Shown: positions 40,655-52,470 of the stretch, in pieces
Position numbering within the stretch: the stretch's first letter is position 1
Layout: each line of letters starts with the position of its first letter
NCBI RefSeq assembly: GCF_001194135.2
Contig: NC_068984.1
Span: 122,836,921-122,900,920 of the forward strand
Direction: 5' to 3'
Origin: Octopus bimaculoides
Lineage: Eukaryota
Length of the DNA: 64,000 nucleotides
Translations under genes and position numbers: made by a program
The notes under the pieces: generated by a model
What the model was told of the DNA's origin: nothing
What the model saw: the letters and a program-made list of their open reading frames with translations, nothing else
The model's database searches: none

Positions 40655-43600
40655 TGTACGTGAGTAAGTGTATATTCCCCTTGTCTTCACATGGGAATCA
40701 TCATTCATCATTTAGCATTCATCATCCATGCTGGCATGGTTTAGATGGTTTGATAGGAGCTGGCAAGCCAGAGGACTGCACCAAGCGCCACTGTTTTGGC
40801 ATGGTTTTCATGACTAGATGTCCTGCCTAACGCCAACCACTTTACAGAGTGGACTGGGTGCTTTTTTTTTTACATTGCACCAACATGTATATTGCAATCA
40901 AAGGTCACTCTTCGTTCTAAACTGATGTCATTTGTTTACAGTTCTCCACAAGAGCCTGTTTTCATAGTTCATCATTCAATAGAACAGGAAATATTACCTT
41001 GCTTTGAAACCAGTAAGAGTTGGTGATAGGAAGGACATCCATCCATAGAAAATCTACCTCAACAAACTTCATCTGACCCATGCAAGAATGGAAAAGTAGA
41101 TATTAAAACTGATGATGATGTTAATAGAGTGGTTGCTGAGATTTTAATAAAACTTTATAGTAGACACTATAAGCTCCAAATTTAGACTGAAATTGTTGCT
41201 ATGTGTATAGGGTTTCTTGTAAGGAATATATGAGACCTAAATTCGCTCACTACTCCCACCACTAGAACACTTAATATATTTAAACTAAACTGGCAAAATT
41301 TGCTACACTGAACATTTTTATGAACTCTGCAAAAATGTTATTGAAACCGTTCTTATTTTCTATTCCCAGTAACTCCTGTTTTCATAGCCTTGCTTTCATA
41401 TGAAAGTGTTTATTTGTCTTTTTTTTTTTAATTTCTACTGCAAGAGATATTAAGAGAGGTTACGATGAGTAGATGACCTGTTGAAATAAAATCCTCCTTC
41501 AAACCAGACACAAACTTGAGTTTCATATATTTTCATAAATGAAAAAGGATTTCCTAGTTGCTATGTCATCAGTCTAGAGCAGTTGTCTGCTCTTGTTTGC
41601 TTCATCATCCTTTCTGAGCCTCTATCTAGCTTCAGCTCCAGCAATGAGCTTATATTTTTTTATATCTTGTTACTTTTATTTTTATTTATTTATTTATTTT
41701 TTCCTCAGCTCTTAGCTGAGTGATATTGTTAATTATTATTGTTTATTATTATTACTATTATTATTATTGTTGTTTATTATTATTATTATTGTTGTTGTTG
41801 TTGTTGTTGCTATTTGGCAGAATTGTTAAATTGTCAGACAAAATACATTTATAATATTTAGTTACAACTCTTTATTGTTCCAAGTTGAAATCCAGCCAAG
41901 GTTAGCCACTTCAAGGTTGATAAAATAAAGTACCAGTCAAATACTGGGGTCAATGTAATTGACTAACTCCCCTTCTCTCAAAAGTCTTATTAGAAACAGT
42001 TATGTTAGAAACTATAATTTGTTAATTATTTAATTTTCATTTTTATTGTTATTTTGACAGTTTCATTATTTCATATTTTGTTTATTTTTGTTAAATAACT
42101 TTTAAAAACATGCATGTCTTTGCTTACACTCGGTGCACACACACAGACAAACACAAACAAAAAATGATGTCCTCCAAGCTGCCAAAGAGAAATATTTTTT
42201 CTCTAATTGTCATTTGGTCAGTATTAAACTAATGAAGTGACCAACATTAGACACTAGATAATATTGTATTGGATTAGTGTAGTGGTCAATGATAATAAGT
42301 TAATGAATTGGTCAAGCTGGTCAGAGCTAAATGACAGAAGAAACGGCAGCGCTTCACCAAAATACCTTCAGGTATTTCTAGCTCTTTGAGTTCAAATTGT
42401 CACAGTCAACTTTACCTTTTCATCTTTCTTTAAAATGATGTACCAGTAAAGTACCACGACCTATGTAATCAAGTAACCACCATCCCAAGGGCACTGACCT
42501 TGTGCCTAAATTGTTGTTATTGCTGAAATAACAGACTTCAGTTGATAAATTTGATTTTTAAATAAGAAACTTTTCTGTAGTATTGCAAACACCAACTTGA
42601 TATGATTATATATTATAGAAGTTCAAAGATATGCAGCTCAGCTTATTAAATTACCACTTAAATTTAAACAGTCTTTTTTTCTTTTTTCCTAGAGACTTTC
42701 AATGAATGATTTCAAATTTGAATGTGTGACTGAAATGTTTTCCTAGAGAAGAAGTACCCACCCCTATTGTAGAAAATTAATTTAAACATATTGGTAGTAT
42801 AGTATTTTGGGAGGGAAATATAAGCCATGAAAGGATTAATACATCTAATATATATTATTTGTATGCTTAATAATGTTGAAGCCGACATAGTTTAGTAAAA
42901 ATTATAGTAAATTTGTCTTCAGATAATGTGTACATGTCATTATATTTAACTTTGTTTCTATGAATTTTAAAAATAATAAAAAATTTACTCAAATAACTGT
43001 CATTATTAAACTGGTCTTTGGAACATAACCTGAAATTTTGGTGGATGATTTTAACTTAAATTACTTTGAAACCAGAGATTTGTATCATACAACCAGGGGC
43101 AGCTTGATGGATTGGTATTAAAAGAGACATAGTAGTGTTAGTAAATTTGTTTTCAGATAAATATGTATTTGTCAGTATAATATAGTAGTATTACTATAGA
43201 TATGATATATGATGTCATTTCTGTAAAAAGTAGGATAGTATCATCCTGGGTATATTACTGGTACTTATTCAATTGATTCTTTCAACATGGATCAAAAAAT
43301 CAAAAATGTAAAACACTTGATTAAGATATTGCATAACATTTGAATTGTATCCCTGAAGCACACACAACTCACCTGAATTCTCATAAATCATAGACTTAAA
43401 ATTATTCAGTAAATGGTTAACTACTTGTAAGAAACTTTTCAACATTGTTAATTTCTCATGAACTCATTACAGAATTATTTGTATCGCTTATATACCTATA
43501 TCTCTGTTTTGGATCCATACCATCTCTAAACCCCAAGTACTGTGAGACTTGGGTTGGTACACACTTTAACTCTTTTTCTACTATCCGCTTACAAAGTAAC

Positions 43601-45469
43601 TAAATAAACTACCCTGTAATCTGGATATTTCTGGAACTCATCTTGGATGGAAAGATAATTTTAATATGTTATAGCAAAAGTGGTAGATAAATTAGCCGAG
43701 GAGAGATAACAGAATAGGTTGGGATGCAGAGAGAGAACGAGAAAAGTGGGACATGCGTAAACTTCAAATAAGATAACAGAGATAATGAAATATCAAATTG
43801 TACATAATTTTTATTTCATCTTAGATATTTCTAGGAATATTCCAGAAAAGTGTATCTTCATCTTCAGATAGTGTTTCCATGTGACAACAACTCACACCTA
43901 TTTAATGCAATCTGTTTTGACTGACTTTCATGTTTTTACTAGCTTTAAATTTAGTGAAGTACTGCCAGTATATAAGCTTTATATAAATACGAAAATAATC
44001 TGCCAGGTGTAAACGATTTTAAAATTATTTTCATTTCATTGAAATTTTTTAATTATTTGTCTTTTGGTTTTATTGAAATTTTATCTAATTTTAAATTATA
44101 CATATTCTTGTTGATGTGTTTTTTTTTGTTTTGTTTTTTTTTCTTCACATTTTGTATCTCTTGATATTTCATATTTGTTTTACAAATGATTGGTTACTGA
44201 AGTCAGTTTAATCTGACCTAACCTAGCAGAGAGCAATTTGAACAACTGTTTGAGCCCTTGTTATTTTGAAACATTTCAGTTGTTAATTTACTTAACTTTT
44301 TTTTCTCTCAACTTATGTAATTCAAAATTTCTGGTTTTGTATGTGAACAATCTCTAAATACACACAAACACATATGCACACACACTTTCTCGCATCTTCC
44401 TATTTCATACTCTTATTGTATGTGATACAGAGGATGATAACTGAAGTTAAATAGTGTAATCAACTTATATATATATATATAACATACTTTCAAAAGTTAT
44501 ATATAGTGTCACAAATGCTCTATATTTTGAATGTTACAATCTATTGTCAGTATGGTTTTGTTTTTCTGTTTGTTTCTTTAATTGAAGATTAAGAAATGAA
44601 ATTGGTAAATTGTTATAATTGTTAGAAGTCTACAAATCAATAATGCCAGAGTATAAGTTTGTGTGTGTGTGTGTGTAGGAACTGCCACAATGAAGAGTAA
44701 TAGTCAGTCTAACTTTGCAGATGCACTCCAGGTATTCTGTTGATGTTTATTTCCTTAACATGCCATTGTGACACATGTTACAGGAATTGGTAAAGCTGAC
44801 TAGAAAGCCTCGTTGCAGTAGTCACTTCCTTTAAACTAGTCCCCACCATCTGAAAAATGGTCAGGCAGGGAAGACATATCTGTAGCAGAAGAGTTAATTC
44901 TGTCTGAAAAGATGAAGATAGCTGTGTGTGTGTGTAGACAGATGGAAAACTAAGACTCAATACATGAAGTAAAGGTTCTTTATTCAATTGAAGCTAATAA
45001 CCCACTTGGTTGTCACACAGAGCATGTTGCATGGGCAATCTTTCCGTTGACAAAAGAATCTTTTTTTTTCTCACCTGAAGAGTCATACATGGTGAGAATG
45101 AAGTACCACTGTAGGTATTCCATACACAGGGTCTGCTCAAGCAGTGTTGATTCTGTTTAGTAAAACAAGACTTCTCAATACGTTTTATATAGTGGGAAGA
45201 AATGAGGTTAAGAACAAAAGGTAATTCCATCACCAGCTTGCTATCACTAACTTGACACTGTATACCATTCAATGTCTATCAATAGTTTCTTCCACAAGCT
45301 GGGTTATATCTTCACCATTGCACCATTTTTCAGTCTCCAATCATCAACAGTCTAATTAGTTTATTATAGTAAGGTCAAACGGTTGACCTCCGCCCATGCA
45401 ACACTATAAAGATTTGTTTATTTAAAGTCAATGCAAAGTTATCTTACACCTTGTTTCTTGTTCTTCCAG

Positions 45470-45568
45470 TTGGGTTACACACCACTTCACCAAGCGGCTC
45501 AGCAAGGCCATGTGATGGTTATCAATTTACTTCTCAAGAACAAAGCATCTCCCAATGCTGTAACTAAT
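45470..45568 (+). CDS. ANK2: Ankyrin exon, repeat 23 ([33 protein letters not shown])
   Basis: ttccag|...|gtaagt, 99 nt; follows an 18.85-kb intron. Confidence 0.97.
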
Positions 45569-45676
45569 GTAAGTATATCTTGTTTGTTGTACCGTCTTTA
45601 CATCACTGTTGCCACACTGTTGTAGGATAGGTGTTTGAATGCTGACTTACTTGACATCAGATGTTTTAATGTTTCT

Positions 45677-45707
<31 letters not shown>

Positions 45708-45838
45708 CCCTCTCTCCTCTTGCCTCTCTTCTCCTCTCTTGCTCTCCCTCTGTGCATGTGTGTGTTTGTGAGTATATTTTTCTTAACAGGTATGTTGATG
45801 CAAACAGGAAAAATGGAACTCGAAATATGAGTATATGT

Positions 45839-45966
45839 ATGTTTTTATTAATATTTAGCAGAAATAACAGAGTGACTCAAGGTCGAAGAGTTTGGTAAGT
45901 GCCAACACACAAAACTCTTGGACCTTGAGTCACTCTGTTGCTTCTGCTAATTATTGATAAAAATAT
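45839..45966. repeat. Fold-back element: 55-bp stem, 18-nt loop
   Basis: 45839-45893 pairs with 45912-45966, 49/55 Watson-Crick plus 3 G-U. Confidence 0.9.
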
Positions 45967-46967
45967 TATTTCTCTTTATGTATATGAGGAGAGGGAAAAT
46001 ATTTGTCACTCGTGTTCAATTAATAAATCATCTCTCACACACACACACACTCTCTCTCTCTCTCTCCCTCCCCTCCCCTCCAGCACCAAAAAAATACTGT
46101 TGCCAAAATGGGTTGAATATTCAATCAGCCGTACCAAATCATCTGCATACAAACAGCTACCCCCAAGTCATTTCATTCCACCTGTTGCATGTGCCTTACA
46201 TAACAGTTGTTGTTCTCTACCTTATTGTAGCCTTTATGGCTATAATAAAATCAGTTCTCTATCTTATTGTGCCCTCCTCATGTCACTTATGCCTCCTCCT
46301 CTACCTTTTCCTCCTTATATGATAATTCCCCACTCTTGTACCCACACTCCTATCTTGGTTACCCATCCACTCTTTAATCTTGAACTCACTACTCCAATAT
46401 TGCCATCACACTCTTCTGCTGTTGGTCTCTCCCCTCTCATCCACTCAACACTTCTGTCACCCACTCCAGTCTTTTCGTGTCTACTCCACTTTTCTTGTTC
46501 ACTCAACTTGCCTTGTCTTGTCCACTCTACTCCCCTTCTCTCTCCCTCTCTGCCTTTCTCTTTTTGCCTTCCCCTCCACCCTTGTCTCATCTCCTCTGCT
46601 CTTCTTTTTTTGCCATTTGAATTTTCTTGTCCTTCTCCACCCTTGTCTTCATGTCACTCCATTTTTTTTAATTACATTGCTACATTTATAGCTCTCACTT
46701 GACTTGGTGTTATATACAGCCATAGTCTCACAGACATGCTTGCACACTCACACACAGTCTCACAAATACACATACACACACACATTCATACATTCAGTTA
46801 CACACCCATGCATACACATGCACATGATTTTTTTATTGCTGAACACATATCACCAAAGTACACCCAAAAATTGATTTAATTGATAGAAGTTTTTGTTGCA
46901 GTTTTTTTTTTTTTTTTTTGCTTTTTCACCCCTTTAATTCATTCAAAACATTAACCCATATTTTCAG

Positions 46968-47139
46968 ACTGGCCAAACAGCACTATCAATTGCACAGCGT
47001 TTGGGCTATATTTCGGTGGTTGATACGCTGAAAAATCTGACCGAGGTGACGGAAACACTACCTGCGATTGAAGACAAGTATAAAGTAGTTGCCCCAGAAA
47101 CCATGACTGAGACAATGTTATCAGACTCAGAAGATGAAG
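46968..47139 (+). CDS. ANK2: Ankyrin exon, repeat 24 plus linker start ([22 protein letters not shown]...[23 protein letters not shown])
   Basis: tttcag|...|gtatgt, 172 nt, ends phase 1; [11 protein letters not shown] and PETM...SDxEDEG are canonical. Confidence 0.96.
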
Positions 47140-48499
47140 GTATGTTAAACACAGCTTGTCTTTCCTATATATTTACATCTATAATAATAAGAGCAAAATT
47201 CTGTCTGTCTATCTGTCTATCTGGGACTCCTGTATCTCAGCCTACATTTGCTCTACATAGACATATTATACCTTTTTGGAATCAGGGTGATTCCAGGATT
47301 AAAAAAATCTGCCCTTCATCTTGTTCTTGAACATCCAGCATTAGGCTCTGATTTAAAAGCATTTGGGTTACTATTTCTAGCCAGTAAAGCTTGGTTGATT
47401 CATGCCATCTTGGTTGGTATTTTTGTCAGATGACATCAGAGATCAAGGGTGAGATAAATGACATTTACTTCATTCATTTTATGTTGAGATAAGAACTTTG
47501 GGACAAACTGGCCAACAGTTGGAATTCAACTTGGGACTGGAACAATAGAATGATTGCATTGCAGAATTAACTCTCATCTGTCCTTAACCTCTGATCACAC
47601 ACCACCAGGGCATATAGTCGTTATAGACATATATTAGTCATGTTATTTAGCTCCCTTTAGTTTTGGACAGCAGGTTGAATTCGCCCTCTGCAGGAGTTAG
47701 TGTAAAAGTCTGCACAGAGTACGGCTTTTATATATATATATATATATTCTGTTGGATGTTTATTATGCATGTATGCATAATACATATATGTATATATTTA
47801 TAATTGTTAGGTTGTTTGTGTTGTTCTTGTGAAAAGGCTTGCTAAACTGTCTTGTGGATAGTAACCTTTTTTTTTTTTTTTTTTTTTGTCACCATTATTT
47901 GAAAGATGGTAAGCCATCACTGAGCTCTTTGTGGGAGATTTAGGGCCAGTGCATAACTTCTTGAAGAGCAATTATATTGCCAAATTGAGATTTTTTCTGT
48001 GATTGGTTACTATGAATGTCTTGTGACTGTTAGCCTGTTTCTGTGAATGGTTTGTGATTTAGAATGTTCCTAAGAATAGTTTGTGACTATTCAGCTATTC
48101 CATTAAGTATTCAGTTAATCACATCATGCTCAGATTAGAATTATTGTATTTCTTTGTTTTTTCTTTATCCTCCTTAGCCTACATGATATAAATGTCCAGT
48201 ATTTAAATTAATGCTTCAGTTATTCTCAATATTTTCATTTTTTTTTTCTTTCAAGATATAAAAAAAAGGTACAGACAAAATAAAAATATGAGAATATAAA
48301 TGGAGATATCAAATTGACCATTATTTTGTATTTCTTATCTTTTTTTTTTTTTTAAATAATTTTCATGTGTATTTATTGTTGTTGTATAAACCTTCTGCAA
48401 TGTCAGAAATTTGAAAATAGATTTACAAAAAAAAAAAACTCCAAGATTAAGTATTTTGGTAACCTTCAAATTCCAAACAAATTTCTTCTTAACCAGAGC

Positions 48500-49760
48500 C
48501 CTTGGGTGATAGGTCTAATGTGGATTCAATCCATCACCCAAGGGTTTTCAGTTAAACATCACCATGTTGCTCAAGGGTACTGTTTGCTAAAGTGCATTCT
48601 GCTGCAGGTATTGATACCAGGCACCTAGTCAGAGTGTGTTGATGCTCTACTTCCTGCTGCACTTTCCCTTATGTAATGTTACAATGATAGTTAACGTGCA
48701 TGGGTGGAAGTAGTTAGTTCTTTTGTGAAAGCTTGGGCCCAATCCCCTGAGTAACTCCTTTGAAATCTGACCTATTTGCTTGAAGATTCATCTGTGACCA
48801 CTCACTTCGATTTGAGCTTTTTACAAAGATTGTAGTAGTTGATAGTAGCCCTATATTCAGTCTCCACTTCCCTTTCTATCACCAATCTATTAGTCCTGCA
48901 AAGGTCATTAGTACTGCTTTTGATTAAATTAGAAGAAAAAATTCTTCCACGTTCAGTAGTTTTCAGTTTTACCTACCCTGTTGGCTACAGGCTGGATGTT
49001 TTTTCAGTGTCATTCTCCTCTCTCTTGGTCCTGCTATCTTTTGTCCCACAGTGACAGCTACAAATTGTTTGAGAACTTTTTCTAGTCAACTGACAATGTG
49101 TTGAATGTGAAACAGAAGCAGAGCTAAGTTTAGCTTTTACTTCATTTATATGAACATAGATTTCTTTAAATGACAAATTTATATAAATCAAATGGATATA
49201 TGGACATTACTGAGTCATAAAGTAAACCTTGTTTTTAACTTCTCTTGTGTCCTGTCTAAAACTGTCCATGAAGGCAACTTTATTGAAGATCAGGACACTT
49301 TGGCTGTAAGCTGGTCAGTGGTACTAACTGATAGCTCTATTGCCTCTAAACATTCTTCCAGTATGTGCTATATCACTGAGGTCTTCAAGCCCAAAGTCCC
49401 ATATTTGGAGAGAGAAATTGAATGTAGCGAATTGAATCAACCTTTGTACTTGACTTGTACTTATTCCGTCAATCCTGGCAGGTTGAATGGGTAAGTCAGA
49501 TATGGGTGACTCTGGTAAAGTTTAAGTAGTTTAAATGGTTTCCAAGATACTTTGCTGAATCAGACTTGATTCTGCAGGAGTTCTTGGCTGTAAACTGACT
49601 GGTGGAACTAACTGGTAGCTGTATCATTTTCAAACATGTCCTATATCATTGAGATCTTGTTGTCTCTGGCCATCCCTAATAAGTTGGCCTATGAACAAGA
49701 GCATTCAAGTGTGACCATTCTGCCTTTTATTACTTCAGCCAATATATCTAGGGCCTTTTT
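48500..49760 (-). mobile_element. Probable decayed LINE-like fragment
   Basis: Higher GC, non-repetitive, coding-like composition with many stops; family not assignable by eye. Confidence 0.25.
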
Positions 49761-51040
49761 TACCTTTTTTTTTTTAAAGACAGTGGGCTGTAATTTTAAA
49801 TAGATTTAACTGCTATTTCTAGTATTTTAACTGGCTACAAATAAAGCTTCAATCACAGACCTTATGCTACAGGAAAATGGTGGTATAAAGTATACTGTTT
49901 GGAATGACATAGATAGTAACTCAGAAATAAAATATGGAAAGTTAATAATTTGATCAGTAAATATAACAACAAACTGTACATCTGATAACATAAAACTCAA
50001 CTGTTTTAATATCATGTCTATTTACAGGTGTTTTTGTTTACTTTTTTTTTGTTTTACATGTATAAAACTAATGAGAAAATGTTTGATTTTTAGGTTCAAC
50101 ATTGATGTCTTATGTTAATGCAGCCAATTCATTTGTCATTTGAAGATTTCTTTTCTTATTTTTTTAATTAAATTTTCACATGGTTAAGAGAAGACATCAA
50201 AGCTATATCTGTTCCTCAGTTTGTGACCATTGTTGGTAAATATCACAAACACATCATGGTTCATGCAGTGTATACATCCATATACACTCTCCTCTTTTAA
50301 CATACACCTCTTCCTAAATTTCTTGAACTATTTGGCTGAATGCCTATCTGGTGCTGGATCTAAATTTCTCTCTGATTGATCTTCTGTATCCATGAATAAC
50401 AAATTAGAGTTCACCAAAATACTACAGATTTAACTAATATAAAACTGAGCTACTTCCTTCTGTCTCATCCTTCTCTTAAAAATTAAAAAAATAATACAAC
50501 CATAATCGAACTAATCTCTTAAATTCTAGTAATTATTCATTTTCTTAAAATCCAAAACCCCTTTAAATGCCATTCAAACTCACTTAGTTTATTTCCTGAA
50601 GGATGTAGGAAATATTTATTACCTCATAAACCTTTTCCATTTGGGAACAAACTATCCCTTAATTTTATCGTATATGTTCCCCATGCTTATAGATTGCTAA
50701 AATAGTTTCAAAGTATCTGTAGTGCTTATGTAGAAAGAATAGCTTCTATTATATGTAGGTGTATAGTCTAGATTGCATAGAACATGCATTCTCATGATCA
50801 CCTCTGGCTAAACTGGAGCTGTATCGCTAATGGTAGCAGGGTGGAGTCTACATCCCTGTTCACTTGTTTTGCTCAGCTGGCAAGGGAAACAATTGCCTTT
50901 TTAGTCATGAGACGGTAACCCTCTCAGTTTGCAGCATATCTCTTGTCAGCCCCCTACACACAGCCCTTAACCGACGCTCGTTGCACCCCTACAATTTAGT
51001 ATTGTACCACCTCAGATGTTTCTCTTTAATGCTGCCTTAG

Positions 51041-51136
51041 GGGACGATCTCATGCCTCAATCACCTGTGTTTGGAAAGCCCTTGTCAGAGCAACATGTCT
51101 ATTTGCCTTATTACGAAGGACAAACTCTCCAAATGC
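51041..51136 (+). CDS. ANK2: Ankyrin linker exon (GDDLMPQSPVFGKPLSEQHVYLPYYEGQTLQM), probably a cassette
   Basis: ccttag|...|gtaagt, 96 nt, symmetric phase 1-1; continues ...EDEG-GDD as in the canonical ankyrin linker. Confidence 0.8.
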
Positions 51137-51165
51137 GTAAGTGCTCGTATACCTGGTCTGCCTCC

Positions 51166-51340
51166 GCATGGATCTCTACAGCTACCTGCATGAAAATGAT
51201 CACCATTTCACTTATTTTCCTTCAATCATTTATTTATTATTTATTTATTTTATTTATTTATTTATTATTATCATCATCATCATTATTTGTTTTTGTTATT
51301 TTGGCTTCAACATGCAAGTTGACCAGTTTTTATCTGCATG
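51166..51340 (+). promoter_or_regulatory. Cluster of (U)GCAUG RBFOX-type splicing motifs downstream of the linker cassette exon
   Basis: gcatg 51166, tgcatg 51187, tgcatg 51335, all within ~200 nt of the donor. Confidence 0.45.
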
Positions 51341-52303
51341 GCCCCACTCTTAAACAATTACCGTTTTCCAAAGAAATAGTATATTCTGCAACAGGCTTGT
51401 TGTGTCTATTAACTGCGGTGCGTAAGTGTGCTTATTGCCTATATAAGAAGTTAATTGCTGCCTCTACAAAAATACAGCCTATCTAACTAGCTTTGTGCAG
51501 GCAACAGCCCCTGTTATAGCTATACACTACTATAAGCTAAACATTTATCTTTTAAAGCTAACATAAAATCTTGAACCATTTTCTGCCAGCTCAGTCTCTT
51601 AATGTTATAAACTAACGTAATATATTTATGACAGTAAGTTCAATAACCAAAACTTGGGTGGATAGTATACTTTGTATTTTTTTTTTCCTTATTTTCTACA
51701 TTACTTTTTACTGATTTTTGTAACTGAAATTATTTCTTGGAGAGGGTAACCCAAATAATTCAACCATTAAACAAAATCTAGGTGAAATGTGGCATTGAAT
51801 GTGTCTCAGAGTTGTTGACTTATATCCTTTGTATCTTACTAGTTTCATTCATTGAACTGAAGCCATGCTGAGGTATTGCCTTTAAAGGGTTTTTGTTAAA
51901 AGAACTCCCTACCACCACCAGTACTAATTATTTAAAGCATGACACTTATTCTAGCAGTCCCTTTTGCCAAACTGCTAAGTTATGGGGATGTATGCAAACC
52001 AACACTGGTTGTTGAGCAGTGGTGAGGAACAAACACACAATGGGTTTCTTTCAGTTTCCCTCTGCCAAAACCACTCTCAATGCTTTAGTTGACCTGAGGT
52101 TATAAAAGAAGACAATTGCCCAAGGTCCTATGCAATGCAACTGAACCCAGAAGTATGTGGCTGGGAAGCAAACTGTTTACCACACAGCCACATCTGCACC
52201 TATAATATATATATATATACATACACACACACACACATCAGAGTAAGTACATGAATGCGAAACAACGTGGAAAAAATAGTACTCGAATACCAGAAGTAGA
52301 GTA

Positions 52304-52470
52304 ATATGCTTTATTAAAAAGCAGCAGAAATATCACAAAAACTGTTACTCAGTTTCGCGTTCCTGTTCATCGGACAGTTTTTTCTAAACAAAACTGTCCG
52401 ATGAACAAGAACATGAAACTCTGAGTAACAGTTTTTTGTGATATTTCTGCTACTTTTTGATAAAGTATAT
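52304..52470. ncRNA. Inverted pair of minimal type I hammerhead-ribozyme-like motifs (Penelope-type terminal repeat)
   Basis: + strand: AAAACTGT-CCGATGA-ACAAGAACAT-GAAA-CTCTGAG-TA-ACAGTTTT (52390-52435); mirror copy on the - strand at 52338-52381; ~80-bp arms overall. Core carries U4C and a decayed stem II. Confidence 0.6.

Noticed and set aside
45938-46702. 254-aa Leu/Ser/Pro-rich ORF
   Set aside because: Produced by a low-complexity pyrimidine-rich intron tract; no domain or splice support
49482-49490. ggcag|GTTGAATGG|gtaagt 9-nt microexon
   Set aside because: Would put TGA in frame, lies inside a probable decayed LINE fragment, and has no independent support
50877-50914. gctcag|38 nt|gtaacc candidate exon upstream of the linker exon
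   Set aside because: Phase 1->0 is incompatible with the flanking phase-1 exons, and the donor is weak
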